The translations under genes were made by a program, and so were the position numbers. The notes beneath the pieces were generated by a model. It worked only from the letters and a program-made list of their open reading frames with translations, had not been told where the DNA came from and searched no databases. A DNA stretch of 64,000 nt from Geosiphon pyriformis uo1. Its lineage: Eukaryota; Fungi; Glomeromycota. Numbering within the stretch: position 1 is the first letter of the stretch; each line of letters starts with the position of its first letter. Below, piece after piece: positions 54,260 to 64,000 of this stretch. The stretch covers positions 1-64,000 of the forward strand of contig JAAOMT010000699.1 of assembly GCA_016748015.1 (NCBI GenBank), in the 5' to 3' direction.

Positions 54260-55760
54260 ATGACCGAGTTCTCAAAACCAAAAGAACTTTTGTTTGACCT
54301 ACACGTCAAGTATATTCAGTCTTTGGACACTGTACGAATTATTCGCATTTCGATGTCCAAAGAAAAGTTTGAATGATATACCATAACTTTTTACAGAAAC
54401 GAGATGATTTGGAATACTGGCTTACAGAACACTTGCGGCTAAGTGGTGTTTATTGGGGCTTGACTGCATTAGATTTATTAAACAATTTAACCGTTTTAGA
54501 GAAAGAGGACATAGTCAAATATGTGGTCTCTTGTCAGCATGACAATGGTAGTTTTAACTTTACTTTACCTTTGAGCATTTTACATGTAATTATTTATACT
54601 TCTGATTTAAAATCAAATTCAAATCAAAAGCATTTATTTTATGTTTGATATCAGGGGGTTTTGGTGGCCATCTAAGACATGATCCTCACATATTATATAC
54701 GCTTTATGCTGTTCAAATTCTTTTGATCGAGGATGCTCTTGATTCAGTGAATGTAGAAAAAATTGTAGAATGCAAGTGAACATTAACTTCCTCACCACTG
54801 TCTCATCAAAAGAAATTAATGACTTGTTAAAAAATATGTTCTAATTCAAATTTAGATGTTTCATCACTTCAGGATCGTGTCACTGGTGCATTTTCGGGTG
54901 ATGAATGGGGTGAAATAGACACGCGATTTTCTTACTCTGCGTTGTCTTGTCTTTCTTTATTGAAGCGCTTAGACGCTATAGATGTGCCGAAAGCTATTGA
55001 ATTTATCATTAGCTGCAAAAATTTTGATGGAGGATTTGGTAGCACTCCAGGGGCCGAATCTCATGCAGGACAAAGTTAGTTTGAAAGACCATATTTACCA
55101 TCGGAATTAACTAAATCTAGAAGTTGATTCTATGTTTGTGTAATAGTTTTCTGTTGCGTTGCAGCCCTCGCGATTGTAAATTCCTTACATTTGGTGAACG
55201 CTGATCTTCTTGGTTGGTGGTTGTGTGAAAGACAATTGAAGAGTGGTGGATTGAATGGACGCCCTGAAAAACTCGAGGATGTAAGCCTCATTAATATTTC
55301 CTTTATTTCACAAGGCTGTCTCAATCAATCTTTTTTTGTGATAGGTATGCTATTCCTGGTGGGTCTTATCCTCTCTTAGTATTCTAGGGCGTTTACATTG
55401 GATTGATAAAGAAAAATTAATAGATTTTGTTTTGGCTGCACAGGTAAAATCCTAAAAATGATGAATATCTCAATAATATCGCCTAACTTTTGGTTAAAAA
55501 ATGCAATTAAAAGGATCCTGAGACAGGAGGAATTGCTGATCGACCAGGTGACATGGTCGACGTTTTCCACACTTTATTCGGGATTGCAGGTTCAGCCTTA
55601 TTTTTCTACACTAAATTTCCAAAAATTTATCTAATGCTCCATCAATGTGATAGGTTTGTCAATAGTTGGTTATTCAGGATTAAAGCCAATTGATCCAGTC
55701 TATTGCTTACCAAAACATGTGGTCCAAAGAATTGGATTGGCAGAACGTTACCATGTTTGA
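54260..55760 (+). CDS. BET2: Rab geranylgeranyltransferase beta subunit, 8 exons
   Basis: [92 protein letters not shown]. Confidence 0.97.
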
Positions 55761-55970
55761 TAATTTATGATTAAATGGTTGATAAATTTGTAGATTAATA
55801 AATGACTAAAATTTATTGCCAATTCATGAAAAAAAACTCTTTTCTTCTATTGCAATAGAAAATAGAAAGCTTCAATTGATTATTTTTCTACTAGAGAACG
55901 ATTTGTGGTACATGATATAACATGCAAGCTATTGACAATTTCCAATTTGAGTACCTAAAAATAAAAGGCT

Positions 55971-57047
55971 CTAACGGTAACGACGAAGAGAGAGGGTATT
56001 CCGACGAAGCCAGGAAGCGTATCGACCCCCACCCTTCGTTTTATTGTACAGGTGACCTTTTCCAATACCACGACTCTTCTTGCCAATACTCGTAAGACCA
56101 CGAGCCTCTCGATGCTTATGTTTAGAGGTGGCGATCCAATTGATCCTAGGATCGCGCCGAATGGCTTTATGATTAGGATCGACAAGAATAACCTCATAGT
56201 ACTTGTATGTCGAATCCTATTGATGTATTAAAACGACAAATACTATTGGTTATTTTGTCATTGATATAAGGTGGTTTTGCTTTATAATGAAATACCTGGT
56301 TAACCCAATAAGAGTTCAATACACGCAAGTTTGCACATTTACGGCCTACACGTTCTTCAGCAGTTGATTTAAGAGAACGTTGATATTTGAGTTGATTTAC
56401 ACCCTGATTGACGGGTTTACCATAAGTGGCACCCTTAGGTACTGGTCGTTTACGCCCACCACGACGAACACGGATACGATAAATTACAAATCCTTGCTTG
56501 GCCTATTTATCAAAAAGAAGCCATCATAAAAACAAGTAAGAGGTGCGATACGATTGATTTTTTTGAAAACGAACCTTATAACCAAGTCGACGAGCTTTAT
56601 CAGGACGAGAAGGACGTGATGCTCGATGGATAACATTTAATTGTCTACATTTCACATTTCATAGTAAAAAGAGGAAACCAAAAATTTCCCAGCCCGGATA
56701 TGGGGAGTGAGTAGTTTTCGTGTACATATTGGTTCATTGGCAAATGAAATCTTTTTGTTCCATCTTTGCGGTTTTTAAACCAAGATTTTAGGACAAAAGC
56801 GGATTTCACGCCTAATACACAGTATTCGCCATCATGCATCTCTTCCAGTAAGGAACGAGTGCCGAGGTTGAACACACTACCTGTACTCCCAGCATCTCAC
56901 ACGAAGCAAAAAGCGAAGGACATCAGATTGCTTCTTCTTGTATAATTCTTCGAGATATTTATAAGCTATAAAGAAAGGAAAAAAATTATATCAACTATGC
57001 TAATGGATTGGAGGTTAATAATTATCAAATTATCGCTTACCACCCAT
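55971..57047 (-). CDS. RPL15: 60S ribosomal protein eL15
   Basis: MG|[29 protein letters not shown]|QL...[11 protein letters not shown]|AKQGF...[11 protein letters not shown]. Confidence 0.97.
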
Positions 57048-57359
57048 GGCTACTCGAACTCAAGGAGGATTAAAAATTAGACAAAAAAGTACTTGTTAGT
57101 TAAGCGGATGTAAAAGTATCATTTGTGCTATAACTTTTTATTTTTGTACCAACCTTTTCAAAGTGAAGCGATGGAATCTATAAGGAATGAAGACAAAATT
57201 AATTTGTAAAATTTTTTTTTAGACCAGCCATCACTAACAGCTGACTAGGCTGGTGGCTTTATTATCATGGCTGAAGCACGTTAAAATCCAAAATTTTTGC
57301 CGCACAACTAAAATTTAGAGTATATGAATAATTTGTCTTTCACTTCAGTAAACTTTAAA

Positions 57360-60300
57360 ATGTCTACAAATCAAGTCGAAACGGGTGCTTTTATTGGAAA
57401 GACTACTACATTAACACCACACAAGATTTCCCTTTTGGGTTTGGTGCGGTATTATTGTGAGTCAAAGAGAGACGAAGTTGATGAGGAGATTTTGTTCTTT
57501 CTCATTGACAAAATCTCCGTGAGTCAAAGTCTTTTTGATGAACCTTGACTTTACCAAAAGCCAGCGTTCAACTTACTAGCCAATCAAACTGCCGGTAAAT
57601 CTTGCTCAGTAGAATGAGCATCGTTTTCCTGAACCTACTCTGCCCGAATTATGCGAAGAATTGATCAAAGAGATACCACACGAAGGGATATTTATCAAAG
57701 ATAATTTATTGAAAGATGTACATTCGGCTTTTTTTGTCAATCTCTTCCTGTTCTTTTTTCATATTAATCAATCTAAGCTCACCAACCGTCCCTTAGTTAG
57801 GGGTAACCTTGTGTTCGCCACATGATCTGATTGATTATATGAAAGGGAACAATTTTTTACTCTATGTATTGAATTATCTTATTTTCATTTCACGTTCATT
57901 TGTGTTTTCTTTTACAGAAGCGAAAAGGATGATCGCACCATCAAATCATATGGATGTAAGTGAATGAGCATGCTAATTTTTTAATAAAGAAAACCTAAAG
58001 CTTAAAATATGGGAATTTTGTTTACTAGGCAAGCTCAAAATATTTGGTAAGGCTTTCTTCTGGGGACTTTCGCCACAAACACGTATTCTTGTTAGTTAAA
58101 TTTCGAATTTACCCGGGTTCCACAACAAGAATTTACTCCATATACCTTTCAAGACAATCAATAATAATGAATCCTTGAGCTATCTTTATATAATCAAAAA
58201 AAATTATGTCTCAAAATCATATTTTGCAATTAATTTGTTTTTCAACAGAATAAATACAGCCTTTTGGGAATATTTGTTCGTCGCTGTCATCTAGAGGCCA
58301 ATAAACTTTCTTTCAACGAACTTGGCAGACTATGGCAGGCATTCTCTGAATACAAATCTTCTACTGAAGTACCTCAGCTTGCACCCGAAGATTCGCTCTT
58401 ATCGGGAATAATAGAAAAATACCATAAACATAAACAAGGTTTTCCCTTTCTGTCATTGTCCCAATTTAAAAAATTCAAATTTAAGCTAATTTGATATCTG
58501 TACATTATCAGTCGTTATTGCGAAATCTGATGCTGAGAATTTTGCTCTATATGTAATTAATCAACTTCGTAGTAAGTCGATCTTCAATTATATGTATTTT
58601 TTTCGAGAATATAAAGAGTTAAAAGATTCATTGTAAACTGACATAGAATATGGGGGAGTACTGACCTCAGAGCTTGAAAATAAAATTCGTGAAATTCATA
58701 AAAAATTACCCGAGATTTCTACAGTATACTACATTGAGTGAGTCTAAAGCATTGATTTTTTCTTTTAATTTCCCATTTGCTCATGCTTTTTATCTATCTT
58801 GGTAGCTACGTAAATTGCATGCAATCTGGTGAATATGAAGGGGCATTGAGGAGCTTTTACAAGTTTTCTAATTTTTGCCCTCCAGATGAACAAAATAGGT
58901 AAAAAGGAATACAATAGAATTGATGACTATATTTGATTAGCATTTTTTCAATATTAAATTTCTAGTTATTTTAACTCCTGCAAGAACTTGGTACCAGCAT
59001 GTTCTTTTGAATCTAGTTGTGTTGCACGCAAAATTCAACCATAAACAGCAAGCGTTATTGGTGCGGTTTTTACTCTTTGTGGGAATTTTCACCATGATCT
59101 GAATTATAGTATCTATAAACTTCCTAACTTATTAGGCTATTGCCGAGGCGATACACATGGCACGCGAAAATAATGATCAAGAATGTCTACGGTTTGCCCT
59201 AAGGTAAAAATAAATAAATTCAACCATTGCAATTCCATTCCAACATTTACATTCCCCTTCAAAAAGTTGGCTTTATCGTCTCAAATCGAGCTATTCAATT
59301 GGAACAATACGTATCGGTGCATCAGAACAGCAAATGCTCGATTCGTTAATTAACAAAGCCAAGGATTCAAGTTCATATTCTTTGCAATCACTTGGGGAAC
59401 TTGGAAATGCACAACGCTTACTGCAACAAGTAAGGTATTAATAAATGTAATATTATCTCATTGCCAATCAAACTAATAAATTATCATTCTAGGGTGAATC
59501 ACCAATTCTTGTTTATGAGTCTTTGCTTCGAAGCTCCGCTTTAAATTTAAAAGGCACTAGAGGGTCCAAGAGTCCCTCAAAAGGTGTTTATAGTCAAGAA
59601 AAATTACTCAATGCGAGCATATATGAGACTTATGGTATATCAATTTATTTATTGGACGTTTGATTAAAAGAAAGTATAATTCATTTCAGAGTCTTTTTCG
59701 TTGTGAAAATAGGACTTTCGGGCCTATCCACGTTATATGCGTCTCAAGTGATACATGATTCGGAAAGTAATCTCGAGGATGCCATGACAGCTTATTGCCA
59801 ACTTGCGGATCGTGTATGTTATAATCACATTTTTGTTTTTTCTAATTTGATGACTTTGGATTACAGCTTATTATTATACTCATAAAAAATGATAGCATAT
59901 CTCTTTTGGAAATTATGAAGAAGCAATTAAATTGCTTATAGACTGCAAAGAAAGGTTCTTAGGAATTCGCACCGCTGCTGCTTTATGGGTTGCCTGTATG
60001 GGAAAAATCTTACATCAGAGAAGTGTAGAAAGGTAACACTTGTTTTTTTTATTAATGTTGAACTTCAAGCTTAAACATTTTGTAACCAAGACATTTGAAT
60101 TCAGAGGGGAATGGACAAATATTGAACTACTCGAAACGCAACTTCGTGCCGTCTGTCAAGATGATGAGATAATGCTTGCTGATTTCAACTTTCACCGTGC
60201 ATTGGCTTTGAGCAAGTCGGATCGTGAGGATGAAGTAAGTCAATGGGTTTTATTTCATATGTTAAAGCCATTTTAGTTGCTTATTTCATCTGGCTTATAC

Positions 60301-61487
60301 TTTTTATAGGCCGTAAACACACTCCATCAACTAATAGAAGACAGCTCCCGTTCCCGTTCTCCGAATCAAATGCTCGTGGCTAATTATTTAATAAAACTTG
60401 CTCAAATTAGAATTGTACGTATTTTTTTTAATGAAGAAAGCTTACTGAATTTATTCATTATAAGTTAAGGAGTAGCCTTAATTTATTACTCGACTTTCTA
60501 CTTTCTTTTTTTGCAACATGTTAAAAGGAAAGTGATGACCCTACATCTGCCCTTCCTTTTGTTCTGAGTTCCTTATGCCTCAGTGAAAGATTCAATTATC
60601 AAAGTAGCTATTTTCTAGCAAAGATACGATTGGCCCAGATCTTGCTACATTTCAATCTGGCCAGAAAGGCGACAAACATGATTGAGAATTTATTACCAGT
60701 GGTATGTTTCCTCCTTTTAACTGATTTTATAGATCTGTTCCTATTTTTCTCATGAGTAATTATTTTATCAAACAGGTTCTTTCTGAACATTCCTTATATC
60801 TACAATCTATCGCACAATTTGCCTATGCGCAGTGCATGATAGCTTGTCTCAGTGAGAGTGAAAAAGGTGCTTTCAGAAAATACTGTTTTTGTATATCTTT
60901 TCCCGCTATAATTTTCTTCAATAAAAAGTTGCTCCTCTATATTCATGTAGAAAATAGTAATTCATCTATTCGCTACACAGATATAATAACCCCTCTCGAA
61001 AAGGCTTTGATAGGTATATCAGATCCGTCATGTGATAATTCAAAAGATGGTAATAGTACTCAAACGATGATAATTTTTAGGTTTTCGAAAACTCGAATCC
61101 ACTTCCGAGATACTTGTAATCTTGCAATTACAGGCATATATATACAACTTACTTGAATGGTCCATTCATCGCAATAAGGCAGCTAAAGAATATCGACGGT
61201 TAATCACAGAGTTAGAAAAGAATCAGCGTAAACAACCTGAATGGGGAATGTACTATTATGTTCGGGATATTGCTCCGAAACTCAATGATAATGAGGTGGA
61301 TGTTGATGACGTAATTAATGCCGCGGAAAAGATTGTGATTGAAGAGAGTCCAGGCAGCGCTAACGGCCGTGATATAGATATGGATATCGATATGAGTCTT
61401 ATCGAGAACAGCTTTACTAATGGTGATAATATGGATATTAGTATGTCTGTTGCTCATTCCCTAGAGGAATTTGACCGATATTTTTAA
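57360..61487 (+). CDS. APC5: Anaphase-promoting complex subunit 5 (TPR-like), ~20 exons
   Basis: LTPHKISLL at the N-terminus, SLLGIFVRRCHLE, YQHVLLNL, AIAEAIHMARENNDQECLRFALSWL. Alternative ATG at 57324. Confidence 0.85.
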
Positions 61488-61613
61488 TTGGAGTGTATTA
61501 TCACTTGTTGATAATATCATAGATTTCCAGCTCTTTTGGTGGTTTTTTTTTTTTTTTTTTGCGGAACCACCTAAGAACTGGTACATCTTAATTACCTGTT
61601 GTGTCATTCCACC

Positions 61614-61625
61614 TATATATAAAAG
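61614..61625 (+). promoter_or_regulatory. Candidate TATA box for TRR1
   Basis: TATATATAAAAG 13-24 nt upstream of the first ATG. Confidence 0.4.
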
Positions 61626-61637
61626 CTTTTAAGTTTC

Positions 61638-62932
61638 ATGCTTTCGCCCTCGAAAGTTTCTGGCGAGCCTGCCTTTAGATTATTAAATAATATTACAAAT
61701 TATACCGGGAAATTATTATCGCTCAATTATTTTTGCTTGAAGAAAGTTGGATCAAGAGGAATATTAATTGGCAGGAGATTAGAACTACGACGAATCTTGC
61801 CGGGACCACCGTTGCTGTTTAAACGAGTACATAAAAGTAAGATGCACTCAAAAGTTGTTGTTATTGGGTCTGGGCCCGCTGGGCACACCGCTGCGCTCTA
61901 TTTGTCCCGCGCTACTTTAGAGCCAGTCTTGTATGAAGGATTCTTGGCAAACGGGTTCGCTGCTGGTGGTCAGGTAAAGGTTGCTTTAAACTTAATCAAA
62001 ATTTCTTGCAACTTTCTGATTATTTTCTTATTGTACTAAAAAAAGCTTACCACAACTACCGATGTGGAAAACTACCCGGGCTTCCCGGAATCTATCCGCG
62101 GCTCAGAGCTGATGGCAAGATTCCGAGAACAGAGTATACGTTTTGGTACAAAGATCTATACTGAGACAGTTTCAAAGGTTGATCTATCCTCTAGGCCTTT
62201 TAAATATTGGACGGAAGATGGAGATAATAATACGGCCGATTCGATAATAATTGCTACTGGAGCTGCAGCCAAAAGGTTGAATTTACCAGGCGAGGAATCC
62301 TATTGGCAGAAGGGCATATCTGCGTGTGCTGTTTGTGATGGCAAGGAAACATTAATCTTTTTTAAGTTATCGGGTTGTTAAATAGTCTCAAAAATTACTT
62401 CTCTCCAGGTGCCGTACCGATTTTTCACAAAAAACCTTTGGCAGTAATTGGTGGGGGCGACTCTGCTGCCGAAGAAGCAATGTTTCTAACAAAATACGGT
62501 TCACACGTTTATGTTATTGTACGTCGTGAAAAACTTCGCGCCTCCAAAGTCATGGCAAATCGCTTGCTCTCGAATTTAAAAATTACAGTTATTTGGAATC
62601 ACATTCCGATTGAGGCTAAAGGTGATGGCAATTTATTAAAATTATTGATATTAAAAAACACCCAGACTGGGGAAGAAAAAGAATTGGCCGTCAATGGATT
62701 ATTCTATGCAATTGGCCATGTCCCAGCCACAAAATTGGTGGAGGGACAGTTGGAATTGGATGAAGACAAATATATAATCACTCAACCCGATAGCACTGTC
62801 ACCAGCGTTTCGGGTGTGTTTGCCGCTGGTGATGTTAAAGACAAAAAGTATCGACAGGCGATCACAAGTGCTGGCTCTGGCTGCATGGCTGCTCTAGAAT
62901 GTGAACGGTGGTTGAGTGAGCATTTTGAATGA
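61638..62932 (+). CDS. TRR1: Thioredoxin reductase (low-Mr type), two in-frame ATGs (61638, 61842), 3 exons
   Basis: [73 protein letters not shown]. Confidence 0.97.
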
Positions 62933-63632
62933 TCAATATCTCTTTAATGTTCGATTGTGCAAAAGGAACTTGCGCATCATTTTATTTAAATATACGAGTC
63001 ATATTCAATTGTGTCAAAATATTTAATCGAAACTTTGCAATTAGCCGAAGAAATAAAAATGCTCGATCTCGGATATCATATATTTATCATGCGAATAAAG
63101 TGCTTTTATTTTTAGGTAAAGATGTTTTAACCAAGACATATCAGGTAAACAAATCTAATCATCAATCTAATCAGCTAATTTCGCTCTTCCATAAGGATAC
63201 TCGTATTATATAATACGAAAGGTGGTTACTATACTCAAAGGACATTTGCTTCACGGTCAAAATTTTCAAATGCTGAAAAATTAATTTTTACTTTTTATCC
63301 GTGTAATAAGTAGTGACGGCAGATCATATTATTATAGCGCCGCAAGAATTATTCTAAAAATTTTGTACAGATAGATGAAGCTAAAGCTCACCTTTTTAAT
63401 ATAGATATCAAATATTATAATACTCATTTCTAAAATTAAAATCCAAAAGAAATGATACAATTCAATAATAATTTAGACATTATCGCCAATTGAAAATCTA
63501 AGCTTGAAATAGATGAGATAGTCTTTGAAAAGAGTGAGATACGTTCAGAGTAAAAGGTTTGATTTTGAATTAAAGAAAGTATAAATAAAAAGTTCGCCAA
63601 GTTTTGAGCTTTCCCGCTTTGTTCTAAATGGT

Positions 63633-64000
63633 TTAACGTCCTAGTGGTGGTGTTTCTCGCGGGGTCTGATTTTGAGCCTGTTCGCTCAATTCAATTTTCC
63701 TAAAAATACAATGAATTGTTCAATGTCAATATTAGTATCGATCAATCAATCAATCATGTGCATTAATGTAAAATTCTCAATTATGTGCTAGTAAATTAAA
63801 TAATACTTACGCATACCAAGCACCTAAAATTTATCAGGGCCAAGGAATTTTAATATTAGTTAAAAATAATTGATAACTGCAATAAAATTATCAGATTAAA
63901 GAACTTACCTCCACATAATGTTAAAAATATTCCTACCCCATTCGTTGGGGTAATAGTGAGATTAAATATGACCACTGCCAGAATAATTGACAATACTTGT
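63633..64000 (-). CDS. C-terminal exons of a triose-phosphate/nucleotide-sugar transporter (TPT/SLC35E family), partial
   Basis: QVLSIILAVVIFNLTITPTNGVGIFLTLCG|GAWYA|KIELSEQ...*. 13-nt exon at 63811-63823. Confidence 0.8.

Overview
Eukaryotic, intron-dense, AT-rich fungal DNA. Short ~70-100 nt introns, the gene content and the repeat families suggest an early-diverging fungus, probably Glomeromycotina and Geosiphon-like (inference, not a database result). Compact housekeeping gene islands alternate with nested retrotransposon graveyards and almost pure A/T deserts. Genes: ELP1/IKI3 (partial), CYRI/FAM49 (missed by the ORF track), complex I 75-kDa subunit, MSP1, a DUF4097-like beta-repeat protein, uL1, kynurenine 3-monooxygenase, a DEDDy 3'-5' exonuclease, SPN1/IWS1-like, BET2, eL15, APC5, thioredoxin reductase, and the 3' end of a TPT-family transporter. 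Main observations: (1) a full-length RNase H-bearing LINE with a 16-bp TSD, plus an ORF1-only HAL1-like element with its own TSD and poly(A) that shares a structured two-hairpin 3' end with the LINE; (2) a Gypsy family with an extra, protein-constrained ORF between integrase and the 3' LTR, present as two tail-to-tail copies; (3) solo LTRs, one with mismatched flanks indicating ectopic recombination; (4) graded C-to-T/G-to-A erosion of repeats resembling RIP or methylation-driven decay; (5) unusual splicing (five GC-AG introns, a U12-like donor, micro-exons). All gene models were assembled by eye.
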